DNA of 64,000 nucleotides from Convolutriloba macropyga (Eukaryota): NCBI RefSeq assembly GCF_964194025.1, contig NC_134479.1, positions 17,794,001 to 17,858,000 of the forward strand, read 5' to 3'. Shown piece by piece: positions 48,201 to 58,952 of this stretch (position 1 is its first letter; each line of letters starts with the position of its first letter). The notes under the pieces were generated by a model. It saw only the letters and a program-made list of their open reading frames with translations, ran no database searches and was not told where the DNA came from. The position numbers and the translations under genes were made by a program.

Positions 48201-51200
48201 CTCCCCTTACCACTTTTCGCCAAAGCCAAATTATAATCCACCAACTGAGCAGCTTTCCGGAGGTATGGAGTTGTTACGAAAGATATTGCAGGAACCTTGG
48301 CACTGCATAACGATTGCAGACTTATTTCATTGGATGAAGGAGGGAACAGCTGCCCTTCACCTTTTGACTATGTCAGCATACGAGAGGTCTATCCTCAACG
48401 ACTGTGGAGTGAAAGTTTCTTCTTTGGGAATGGATCTTTGAGCTCAACTTCGACTGGAAGGAAATATAGCCTTAGTGGTACAATGACGGATGACGATTTC
48501 CTCAACTGCCTTCTTTGGGCTGTGCCAAATCCCCAGAGGCCCCTGAAAACATGTCCTGGCACAAACAAGAGGAAGAAAGCAGAAAGTATTAAGGAACCAC
48601 AGCAGCTGGATTTGGCAGGTGATGATGTGCTATTCACGTGAGTTAAAATTAACACGGTGACGTCGTCGTTTCTTCAAATCAAGAATTGAAAATAGTTCCA
48701 AATTTGCAGTTTCAATTACAATGGCAATTGCATGGCCATTGTCCTTCTGACCTCAATAGAAGCAGCAGGGAAGACAGGTTGTATGACAGATGAAGATTGT
48801 GCGGCCGGGAAGTCTTGCAACCTTAGGAAGATTTGCGCCAGACGTCGAAGAGCTGCAATCAAGCGACAGTTCAAATGCATGGAAGACTCCGATTGTGATC
48901 ATTTTGCAGCGATTATAAAATTTGCGTAATTGGGGAAAGAACTTAGAGAAGCACCCCCTTAGAAAAACTTTGAACTAAAATTTGAGTAACTATGTGTATA
49001 CAGTTAAATTCCTGATTATTCTGAAGGCATGTAAATTTTAACCTTTCGGTTATATTATTAATTTACATGTTTGGAAGAAAAAAGTTCTCCTTATTGTTGA
49101 TAAACTTATTGTTACCTAATTCTTGTGATAAACTTATTAAATAGTCTCCAAGTGCATCCGGGAGGCTATTTAATTCTGTTTTAGCTCTTGATTGTTGTTA
49201 TTTACTGTGGTATCACAGGCCGGACTTTGTTTGGGTAGCCCCAGTTACCTGGGATTTCAGATTCCGACGGAAGAATTTCTACGAGAATTATCTACGGTTC
49301 CATATTTGGTATCAAGCATTTGGCGAGAGAGTTCTCCGCATCTGCTTGATTGTTCCCCACATTTTTGGCCATCCTAAATAATTTTCTTAGTCAAACATTC
49401 GTTTGAGTGTTTTCCACATTTGCTTGACTAATTAGTTTAGGCCCCTAGCGGCTACTTCCATTAGTCCCCCTTTTATCCCAAGTTACAATGATGCCCCCAC
49501 CACCGCTCGAACCTCTCTGCAAAATTTGTAACGAGCCTTGCAATGTACAAGTTAGTGCATTTTATGTCAAATGTAAAAAAATATATGTTCACTTTGGTTG
49601 TTTGGGAATTTCAAGTACCCCAAATGTCAAAGGAACGATCTACTGGTCATGTGCTGGTTGTACTCTTAGCTTTACTGCAGAACTATCTGCGCTGGACAGA
49701 ATTACGGTCGTTGAGAAAAAATTCGATTGTGTTGATTCTTTAATCCGCGAGGTGACAATGCTACGCAATGAGATAGCTTTGATAAAGTAACCGGAATTCC
49801 CTTTCCTAAAAGCTGCAAAAAATGGACGCGACAGGAATCGAAACGACAACTCATCCAGTTATCACAGTGCGACAGTAAACAAAAAGAGAAAGGCTGATGA
49901 TTTTGAAACTGTACAGAGAAAAGTAAGATCAACTAAGGAGGTAAAAACGGGAACCAATACGAATCCAGCAGTCATCAAGGGTGTCAAAAAGCCCCCGAAG
50001 CGTCGTCATTTATATGTAGGTCGATTGAGTCAGAACATAACAGCATCCGAAATGGAGGAGTACTGTGTAGAAAATAACGTTGAACTACTTCATATTCGCC
50101 AACTTTCGAGGTCAGAAGATCACCTGAAAGCCTCCCATTGTGTATTTAAATTTGATGAGGAGAAAGTTGAGTTACCTGTTTTCTGGCCTGAAAACAATAC
50201 AATGTCAAGATTTTGTCTGGATGAAGCCACTCGTGATTGGCTAAAAAGAATGGATCAATATTGGCTACTAGCCAGTCCTCCATTAAAACAAAAATCAACG
50301 AAACAAAGATCTACAGAACTAAACATTTGTCTACATAATGTACGCTGTCAGGAACAAAACGAAAGATGTAAATGTCCTCTTGGAAGTAAATGAAATTAGT
50401 TTGGGAGTATTTATAGAATCGTGGATTACGAAAACCTCAGATGACGATTTTATTCTAAAGCAGTATTGTCCGCGGGGTTACTCCTCTATAGTACACCAAG
50501 GATTAATAAAAAGAGGAGGTGGAATTTGCCTCTTTTACAGATATGATCTCTATTTGAAAAGTTAACCTCTGAATCTTTTGAATGCCTCTTTAACGGTTGG
50601 GGCTACCAGTTATTTAGTAATCGCTGTTTGTCGACCACCTGGATTAAAGGTTAAATCTTTCATTGATCACTTTACTATTCATTTTGAAGAGAAAAGGCTA
50701 CAATTTGACAAAATTGTTCTCCTGGGCGACTTCAACATTTCACTGAATATAAATAGCGATGCATCGAAAATATGGAACTCCGATTTCGGCCTGACTCAGT
50801 ACGTATGCGAGAAAACGCATAGAAGTGGTGAAATTCTTGACCATGTTATTGCGTCAAACAATATTTCAATTAATGTTAAATCGAATAGCTTCATTACTTC
50901 TTTGGACCATTCGTTTATTTGTTTCTCGCTCAGCAGAGTGAAACAACGCAAATCTCAACACCGTTTGATGTATAGAAATTGGAAGAAGTTCGACTCAGAA
51001 GGTTTTATTAAGTTATTGAAGCCGTGCTTAAAGTTTGATGTTGCCTCACGTATTGATGAAGCATGGGATATGTATCTAAGGATTGAGGAGTATTTTTTAA
51101 ATCCGTTCTACCACTCAAAATAAAATCATTTACTAAACATCAATGCCCATTTTTTGACGACAAACTTGAGATTGAAACGAAAGAAGAGAAAAGCAGAGCG

Positions 51201-54200
51201 AAAATACAGAAAGTCGAAAACATCTGTACTAAAATCTGAATACGAAAATGTTACCCATATGTATTTTGAAAAATTCTTAGAGAAGCGTAGATTATACACC
51301 GAGAATGAGTTGAGAGAAAATTGTAGCCATAAGGAGTTGTAGCCATCAGAAAATTGCTTCTTGGTCAAGCTGTAGAACAGCTCCCGAAATATGAAAACAA
51401 AAATTGCTTGCAAACGACTTCAACGAGTTCTTTATATCTAAAGTGGAAGGTATTATTGCATCGATTCCCACTGCGATAGGTCCTGAAATTCTGAAAACTG
51501 AAGTTAACTCAATGAATTCGCTCACAGAGTTGTCGATAAGTCAGTTTAGAGATCTGATTTCGGCGTCGTCAAACAGTATATCTCCACTGGACATCATTCC
51601 GAAACATCTTGTAAAGTCATTTCCAGATTACTATATTCTCGACCTCCTGAAACTTCTCGAACTTTCAATGATGGCGGGATGTTTACCCCTCTTTTAAAAT
51701 GGCCATTGTTAAGCCACACTTGAAGAAAGCAAATTCTGACAATGAAGATTCTTCCAATTAACGACCTATCTCAAACCTAAGTTACATTTTAAAACCATTA
51801 GAACGGGCAGCTTTCATGCAAATGCGTGAACATCTTGAAAAGAAAAGGCTCTTTAGCAAATACCAAAGTGCCTACAGGAAGTTTTTTCTACAAAACAGCG
51901 CTCGTTAAGGTGACAAATGATTTGCACCTCAAATTAGATAGGACAAAAAGCACTTTTTATATTGGACTTGATCTATCAGCTGCCTTTGACACTCGATAAT
52001 AAATTTCTTCTTTGAATTCATGAAACAAGTTTGGGTTTCAAAGACAAAGTGCTTAACTTTTTAAATAGTTATCTGAGTAGTAAATCTCAAAAGTGTTGAT
52101 TGATGGTGAATATTCGATGCCAAGAGCTATAATAAAGGAGTGTTCCTTAAGAATCTGTTCTAGGTCACGTTCTTTTTTCATGCTATCTTGTTCCTCTGGA
52201 AGTTCTGTTTGAACGTCTTGATGTCAATTATCATTTTTATGCCGATGACACTTATCTATTTTGTTTTAAAATGCTTCGATAAATCGGGGGCTTTTGATTT
52301 GATACTTACGACTCTGCAAAAGTGGTTCAGTGGTGCTAAGCTTCGATTAAACTCGAATAAATCTGAGTACATGATTATAAGTAGAAAGAATAATTTAAAT
52401 AGCGATATTGAACTTCCCAGAGACGCCAATTTTTCTAAAATTGTTACTTTGTCTGGCTTCAACTTAGATTCCAGACTTTCAAATACGAAATAAGTTAGTT
52501 CTGTTTGCCGTAGATGTTACTATTTCCTGCGAAAAATTTATTCCATCAGAGATACAGTCGACAGAGAGTCGTTGATCGAGTTAGTTCGCGTAATGATTCT
52601 CTGGCGACTAGATTACTGGAACTCACTGTACTATGGACTACCTGTGTATATTAAACAGAAAGTAAAGCGTATAATGAACTCAGCATGTCTCATTTTAGGC
52701 TATCACCTGGTTCGCCAACAGCAAATTATATCAAAGAGCTTCATTGGCTACCCATGAAACAACGTGTCCTCTACAAAATTCTACTTTTTGGTCACCCTTT
52801 AGTTCACAATCCGTGGAAAATTCCGATGTATCTTGGCGCAATAGTTTTCCGAAAAGATAAGGTGACTACATGCCAATATGCATACAATTTGAAAGTTCCT
52901 AATGTCACAACGGCATTTGGGCGGAGACCATTCAATTTTGCTGTTCCTTTCGCAGGGAATAAGTTGCCTTTTGAGATGAAACTAACACCCCATGCGTTTG
53001 ATTATCGAAAAACTGAATTTTTTATTTAGTATTTGATTTTGAAAACACTTCTGAGTTTGTAAATGGTGCGTAAACCTATAATAAAAAAAGCTCTCAGGCG
53101 CGTCATCGGGAAAGCATTAGTCGAATGTCTGTATCTTGATCTAATGCTCCTAGGCAAAAGTAAGCAGCTTTGCATGGAACAAAAGTGCGGAATCAAAATT
53201 TCCGTAAAAGAAGTAACAAAATTCTACGCAACATGCAACAGAAGCCATACGTCTAAGTTATGCAAGAAATGCAATCAACATCTTAAAAAAACGATCTCTA
53301 AAATTTGCCCGTCCAATTTCAAACCCAAATCAAAACTTCTATGCCAACCAGCTCCTTGTCCATTAATGGAACAGAATTGCTGTCGAAAAAGGGCACTAAA
53401 TGCCATCTGTTGACAATGGCGATGTATGGAATAAGCACCTTGCCATAATGTCGCTATCATGAGAAGGCGTTACGCAAAATGATATGATGGCCATGCCGTA
53501 TCGCTGCGTGCATTGATCGATAATCTCAATAAACATAGTCCTTCGTTTGGATACCTAATGAGCGTCTCAAGCGAAAATGCCATTTAACAAAATTCATTCT
53601 TCGGATCTTGTCAAGAGGCAATCAATGAATGAAAAGCGGCACATTCACTTCATTGTCCTGTGGGGTAAAAACATCTGATACACAACGATAATTATTAAAT
53701 ATCAGGAATCGGTCAAAAAAGCAGCAAATAGTAATTGATGTTGACAGAACCCCATTCTATCCACTCATCTCCGCATGCACTGGTGGAGCTGGAACATCAG
53801 CTTCAAGACATCTGAGAATATGTTAAAAGTTATCTAGACAGATCAAAAAGACTGTAAATGCTGACACTATAACTTACCTCAGAGCAAAACTTGGCTTTGT
53901 CCTTTTAAGGTCCATACTTTACATCCGAGGCTACAGTACACCAATTCGGTGCGAGTTTACTGACGTTTCATTAACAGTAGTTGTGGAAGAAGTGAGGCTA
54001 TTATTTTAATTCATCACCACGTCTTCTTAGAATTTAGCTATCAGATTTGCTGTCATTGCATTTCTTTTCAGTATTCATTGCTCCATATAATTATGCATCT
54101 TCATTTTATAGATAGAGAGAAAAAATTGAAAAACCAATTGCTGCATGTAGAAATAACTTGAAAGGCACGGGGCCAGGATTAGAAGGCTGCTAGATTACTT

Positions 54201-57200
54201 TCTAAATTACTTTCTATTAAACTGAAATCTCAGAAAACTTATTGTAACTCGAGTTTTACCCAAAGATGCACGCGGATGGTAATATTATCTGTTGTATTCA
54301 ACATTATCATCTCAGACAATGCAAATTCATCACCAAAACTTTGTCTGTCCAACTATTTTTAATTGCAACTTATTTGTGATGGTAGAATATATTGGAAACC
54401 ATTCTTCCAATCAACCATTTCCTACCTTCTCCGATAAAATAGGAAAACGTGTCCTAAAAATCATGAATGAAACAAACGGAAGCTTCGGACTTGAATGAAA
54501 AATATCTTGTACTGAAGAACGTTTCAACCTCCCCTTACCACTTTTCGCCAAAGCCAAATTATAATCCACCAACTGAGCAGCTTTCCGGAGGTATGGAGTT
54601 GTTACGAAAGATATTGCAGGAACCTTGGCACTGCATAACGATTGCAGACTTATTTCATTGGATGAAGGAGGGAACAGCTGCCCTTCACCGTTTGACTATG
54701 TCAGCATACGAGAGGTCTATCCTCACCGTGGAGTGAAAGTTTCTCCTTTGGGAATGGATCTTTGAGCTCAACTTCGACTGGAAGGAAATATAGCCTTAGT
54801 GGTACAATGACGGATGATCACGACGTTGTCTATTCTTCCTTCTTTGTCGTATCATGTCTCTTTTGTTCTCATTATTTCAAGTTTCAATTGCTTCGTTTAC
54901 TTGTTTGGTTTCATGACATCAAAAGTTACCACTCATTTCTCTTCTTACATGACTTTCAATAACCTTATCACATTACACGGTGATTCACAATCAACAAAAC
55001 AGGGCATGCACTTTACACAATATAATGGAGAAGTTAATACTGGGCATTAACATCCTCGGGGCCCAAAAACCTAACCCTAACCTTACGGGGGTTTGGGGTA
55101 CACATGTTTCAGCTTAGCGGCTGGTCTGGTTAAAGAACCTAAAGCTGTTTTTAATTCGCAAGACCTAGCTGTTTTGTCGGGTCCGGTGAAAATCCTGGTG
55201 ACACGTCCTAGTGGCCAAATTCCCCTGGGAGTCCACTCCTCCAGCAGCCAAACCACATCGCCCACTTCCAGAGCAGCTTCTTTTGAAGTCCACTTTCGTC
55301 TCTGATTCAGCGTGGGGACGTACTCTTGAAGCAGTCGTTTCCAGATCTGTTGCAGGCGCTGTTTGACTTGGGTCCATGATGTCGACTTCAGACTGGCTGA
55401 CTCTTGAAAGAGAAGTGTTGGCACATTCGCAAAGGGTCGTCCCAAGAGGAAATGATTAGGCGTGAGAGGGTCGTCGTCCTTGTTGTCGCTCCTCACGTGA
55501 GTCAATGGCCTGGAGTTCACAAGACATTCCGCTTCCGTGACAATGGTTGAAAAAACATCAGGTGTCAATTTTGCGGAGCCAAGATTGATGAGGAGAACTC
55601 GTTTAACTACTTGGACGAGTCTCTCCCACAGGGGGAGCTGTGATCTGTGCTGAGTTACTCTTGGGACATTTTGATCGAAAAGGCGATTGAACCATTCATA
55701 CCATTGTTTAAGAAGTTCGTCAACGTTACTGTAACAATAGGGGTTAAATGGGTTTTTTGAGATGTTGCAGTTGAATTTAATCCAATCTATTCTTTTGTAA
55801 GCGTATTTTGGTCTGCTGCGATCGGTCGCTTGATCGTAGTTGCATTCGTATCGTGTTATGTAGGCGTAATGATCTGAGCATTTTTTGTTGTTGAGGGCAT
55901 AGTTATTACTAATTTTGGTTTCGATTTTCGAATTGATCCAAAATTGTGGTTCGTTTGTTAGGAAGACATCTAGCTGTTTTTTGTACCCCAAAAGGTCAGT
56001 GAAGTTTAGCATTTGTTCAAAATTTTCATCTACGAAATAGTTGAGCCAGGTATTGTCAAGTTCATCTGGTGACGACATTTGTTTCCAGTCAGTGGTTGAG
56101 AAGTTGAGATCTCCTGTTATGATGATTGATTTTGGCTTTGTTTTTTTCTCTAAAAACTTTAGCGTTTGTGTGAGGTCTTCAAACTTCTGCTTGCACGATC
56201 TGTATGGGCTGCCTTTAGGTGGGTTGTAAATGCAGACAATTAGGATTGAGTCATTTTTAGTGTTAATTTTTACGATTAGGCAACCCTCACATGTGTTCTT
56301 AACGAACAATTCTTTAGATTGAATGTTGTCTTTTACCGCCACTAGAACACCTCCATGTTTTGAGACACCGCATTTTGAAGTTCTGTCATTTCTGTGAATG
56401 ACATAATTTTTGAGAAAGAGTGCTTCATTTGGAACTTCTTCTGTGAGCCATGTCTCGGTTAGGCAAAGAATGTCTGGATTGTAGGGGACAATAGCGTTTG
56501 CAAATGCAAATCTTCGTGGTAGATCAATGAAACTATGTAAATTAAACGTTAGAATTGATACCTCTTGTTTTTTGTCTGTATTTTTTGCGAGTCAGGTGGA
56601 ATACCGAGCATTGTCTAAGTACTCGACCCAATTTTCATCTTGTTTTTCGTATAATGTCAGATTCATTACTTTCAAGCTTTTTCTGGGGAAACCTGCGTCT
56701 ACTAAGTCTTTTCGCTTTTTCAGACAGTTATTCAGTTGCTCTTCTTCTTGTAGGGAGTAGTCTTTGCTAATGTACACTGTTTTGCTATATCGTTTCAATC
56801 TTGAGAGTGAGAGTAGTAAGATGCGTTTGTCATACATGCATGGCATAGTTGCAAGAATGGTACGATGCCTTCCATCTTTGAAAGCACCCATGCGCCTGCA
56901 GTCCGTCATTTGCAGTTCTAGCCTTTACTGTGGGGTTTTTTTTCAATGTTGTTGTTAGCTGTTGGCAGTTTATTCTCAATTTCATTTATTTTGCTGCTAA
57001 TAGTTTCTTTGATTGTGTTTTGAATGTCCTCTTTTATTTCTAGATTGTTCTGTTTTTGTGGTGGACTTTTTATGATGTCCAGAATCACATCACGTTTGTT
57101 CTGCTGTACGCAAGCGTTGCATAGAAGCAGAACGTTTTGATTGACCTGTTGAAGTGCATTTATTATTTCGATGCTAAGTTTTGTGCAGCTTGGGGACATG

Positions 57201-58952
57201 TGCATGATTGTGGCACAGCATACGCAACGGAAGATTGCCTCTTTTTTACCATTTGGCTTAGAACAGGTTTCACATTGGATACTCATACCCTCTAATTGAA
57301 TTTGTTTACCAGATGTTTTGGAACTCATTCCGTTGTGTGTGTGATTTATAGAAGAATTCGAAGTTTAAACGGGTGGAACTAATAAATTGGGGAAAGAAAA
57401 ACTTATTTACCTTTGGAACCAATTACTGGTACCGTTGGTAATTCGTGGGGTTGTACGAACCACACTCGCAGTTCCCAGCACAGTGGTATTCCTTTGGATG
57501 GTCTTTTTTGTCTATGTTTGCGCTGAAATTTGTGCGTAGGATTTTGTTCTTTAATATGGAGCAGATTCCTCCAAGGGCCTTCCCGTTGAGGTGGACGGCG
57601 TCGTTACTCAGGTGTATGCCTCTGTATTCCCACTTTTTACTCTTTTTTGTAATTTGTTGATGAATTCGTTTGTTGCTTTGGCCTTCTTTTTACTCGCACT
57701 GTCGCTTCCTCGTGATGGGATGCCAATTACAAATACTTTCTCTGTCGCAAGGGGCACAAGTTCTTCGGCTAGTAAGGCAAGTTCTTCAGCTGTTTCTTCT
57801 GGCTCTTTGTTCGATGGTGTTGAGCCGGTGAAGATGTCGTTTCCACCAATGAATAAAACTATATTGTCGTATTGCCCTTTTTCCGGTAAGAATTCTGATA
57901 GATGTCGAATTTGCGCTCCTGGAAGTGATAGGATGTTAAAATTTGGAAATCGGAGATGTTTCAATTGGGAATCTGCAAAAATTATGTTTCTGGTCTTGGA
58001 AGTTTTAAAGATATGAAATCGCATTCAGTCTTCTTTTATTCACCCGTCCAAGCTAGGAACGGACGGGGCTTGAAGGAAAGATAGATATAAACCGTTGGAA
58101 CCAATAACTGGTACCGGTGGTCTTATTGATATAGTTCCTAGCTTCAAATGATCTGAAATCACACAGTTTGTAAATTTGTTCGGAGTCTATTTAATAAGTT
58201 TGTAATTTATATTTAATTTTAATTTATATTTAATTTGTAATTTATATTTAATTTATATTTAATATACTGTAATTTATATTTTTTCTAGGGGGTTACTGAA
58301 ATAAAATTGGCAATTAATTGTCTCATTCTAATCTAAATTATTGCGATTAAATTATCGCCACCAATCAATTATGGCTAATTCATATGTATCTTTCCACTAG
58401 CACCCCCCCCCCCCCCATTCCAGTAGGTTACACCCCCCCTTCCAGTAGGTTATGCACCCAACTCTGTGGTAATGCCATGGGTTTGATCTTAAGATAATGT
58501 TAGGTCAAGTTTAGTTCTTGCCAGTAGATAAATAGTGAATCATTGGTAAACCGGGATGTGCAAAGGGTGAAGATTCAATTTTTCCGCATCCCTGACTAAT
58601 CAGTTCTGCTTAATCAGAGAAGGGATATAACAGAAATAACTTTAGTGTAACAGCGATAAAATTACCAACCTAAAAGTTCTCTGCTTTTCCGCTGGAGAAA
58701 AACTGCACGCGATTCTTCGCGAAGTTTTTGTAAAAGCACCTCATCGTCGGTTGGAAGTTTAAAATAAAATCTCGGAATTGATGAAAAATTTTTGGCTTTT
58801 TCATAACTTGTTGACTTTTGTTCCTCGTACAATTTGGAAAAAAGTTGCACCTCTTCTTCCTGTTGCTTTTGCTTTTCAACTGGGTCGCTTTTCAAGCTAG
58901 GTTTACTTCCTTCCTTATTAACCAGGTCCTGAAGGCAAAGTCTCCAACTCAT
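30212..58952 (-). CDS. PPP2R3C: Serine/threonine-protein phosphatase 2A regulatory subunit B'' gamma; exons 58952-58670, 33534-33233, 32705-32313, 32062-31889, 30442-30212
   Basis: Spliced translation contains IPRFYFKLPTDDEVLLQKLREESRAVFLQRKSRELL|DNEELQNLW, FNYVMRKVWLHQTRIGLSLYDVAGQ|GYLKESDLENYILELIP, EF-hand LDKDHNGMLSKEEL, ECLTYEGEMD and DEIFDMVKP, matching the PPP2R3C sequence as I recall it. All splice phases are consistent. Confidence 0.96.
30838..31622 (-). mobile_element. Helentron-type non-autonomous element copy in PPP2R3C intron 4
   Basis: ACATAACCGGCAGATTGCCGG terminus and GCTTCGCAGCTAT at the other end. Body is colinear with 23535-24050 (AAACTAGACCTAGAA...GACAGCGCCCCAATACAATTCAAA). 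Confidence 0.65.
34601..35519. repeat. Left part of duplicated segment copy A (continues at 48092-~48495 after the Gypsy insertion)
   Basis: Colinear with 53603-54419. Copy A has an extra ~115 bp (34681-34796) that also occurs at ~30650-30762. Confidence 0.9.
35520..35966 (-). repeat. 3' LTR (447 bp)
   Basis: TGTCA...TGACA termini; 9 substitutions versus 47640-48086 by manual count. Confidence 0.97.
35967..35979 (-). other. Polypurine tract
   Basis: Minus strand GAAGAAGTGGGAG abuts the 3' LTR. Confidence 0.85.
36021..37236 (+). CDS. JmjC-domain Fe(II)/2-oxoglutarate oxygenase, three exons (36021-36278, 36377-36772, 36880-37236), ~336 aa, antisense within the LTR element
   Basis: Two phase-0 introns: GTAAGA..TTACAG (36279-36376) and GTAATT..TTCAG (36773-36879). 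Motifs YTGPHVD (HxD), LLFGVKLWIICP (G-x-K-x-W) and IQRPGDTLYL..AGHAVLT (distal His). C-terminal RKRKQKKKAR; AATAAA at 37291. Confidence 0.85.
37414..37946 (+). repeat. Degenerate ~175-bp-period array anchored on AGGCTTTTGT(T/A)TT
   Basis: Motif at 37414, 37589, 37766 and 37931 (spacing 175, 177, 165), and also in both LTRs (35616, 47736). Confidence 0.7.
38619..38891 (+). CDS. Small predicted secreted/GPI-anchored Cys-containing protein (~90 aa), antisense within the LTR element
   Basis: N-terminal signal-like MMSKILFVALFAMIVTS, four-Cys middle domain, small residues, then a hydrophobic C-terminus (SAGSMLMIASFAIVLQLQLCH). Confidence 0.55.
   Translation: MMSKILFVALFAMIVTSVDINKCILLSEENNFGTNLKWLCCDGVQFLIEDGKITAKAGACENSQNKVKPSAGSMLMIASFAIVLQLQLCH
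39071..41393 (-). pseudogene. env: env-like class I fusion glycoprotein (frameshifts near 41010 and ~39320)
   Basis: Signal peptide; frame-corrected furin site RERR followed by hydrophobic GIPVALLAGAAAGICGLG; heptad-rich segment; Cys-rich ectodomain; TM segment YIVFAITTFILSFGLHF; tail in ORF 39071..39304. Confidence 0.88.
41661..46330 (-). pseudogene. pol: pol: aspartic protease, dUTPase-like spacer, RT, RNase H, integrase (several frameshifts/stops)
   Basis: FLVDSGA (PR), LRLLVDLRRIN, LDCSQAY, YVDD (RT), SDAS..AG..ELKLSIYAKE..TDNKSL (RH), H..H..C..C, EVDIVG..DIFSRY..DLGSVFTS..HPQTIGAVER (IN). Confidence 0.95.
46316..47519 (-). pseudogene. gag: gag (disrupted near 46806) with CCHC zinc knuckle and AAAAAAC-TAG slippery site
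   Basis: PFSGSEKDNFTQFERQ...LHLKGNALVFY...QSEESIHDFLTELQRLA capsid-type motifs; CRNCGKYGHTVQYC; minus strand AAAAAAAC TAG at 46326-46316. Confidence 0.9.
47626..47639 (-). other. Primer binding site (tRNA-Leu-like)
   Basis: TGGTGACAGGAGTG immediately follows the 5' LTR and is complementary to a tRNA 3' end ...CACTCCTGTCACCA. The Leu assignment is by recalled similarity only. Confidence 0.85.
47640..48086 (-). repeat. 5' LTR (447 bp)
   Basis: Direct repeat of 35520-35966, adjacent to the PBS and gag. Confidence 0.97.
48732..48945 (+). pseudogene. Possible Cys-rich repeat peptide precursor fragment
   Basis: Hydrophobic start, CMTDEDCAAGKSCNLRKIC-RRRR-AAI-KR-QFKCMEDSDC; a frameshift near 48905 continues as CSDYKICV. 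Confidence 0.35.
48960..53089 (+). mobile_element. Decayed L2-clade LINE (PHD ORF1 from 49488; APE-RT ORF2 ~50230-53030)
   Basis: PHD-like CKIC..C..HFGC..WSCAGC; APE motifs ESW, GGGI, LGDFN, LDHV, DH; RT motifs YQSAYR, LDLSAAFDT, FYADD; L2-typical RLDYWNSLYYGLP and LHWLPMKQRVLYKI; A-rich 3' end. The 5' boundary is approximate. Confidence 0.9.
53603..54817. repeat. Duplicated segment copy B (pre-insertion state of the Gypsy target)
   Basis: Matches 34601-35519 joined to 48092-~48495, with a single CCATT at the junction (TCAACCATTTCCTACC). Confidence 0.92.
54815..55626 (-). mobile_element. BEL/Pao LTR retrotransposon 3' fragment (integrase C-terminus/DUF5641-like, PPT-like tract, probable LTR 55052-54815)
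   Basis: WERLVQVVKR, EAECLVNSRPLT, LTPNHFLLG, WKRLLQEYVPTLNQRRKW and PRGIWPLGRV..GPD are typical BEL/Pao motifs. GAGGA then TGTTAA starts the LTR. Confidence 0.88.
55627..58199 (-). mobile_element. 3'-truncated copy of CR1-group LINE (SGNH ORF, PHD ORF, APE)
   Basis: Near-identical to ~61351-63927; ends mid-ORF2 at the junction with the BEL fragment. Confidence 0.92.

Noticed and set aside
48139-48641. ORFs in the duplicated segment (twin at 54467..54736)
   Set aside because: No recognisable domain; similarity is explained by the recent duplication.
55070-55082. Telomeric repeat or telomere-healing site
   Set aside because: Only two units, lying in the BEL 3' UTR; too short to call.
57591-58016. 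141-aa plus-strand ORF with hydrophobic N-terminus (twin at 63324..63749)
   Set aside because: Antisense shadow of the SGNH esterase ORF, which has the diagnostic motifs.
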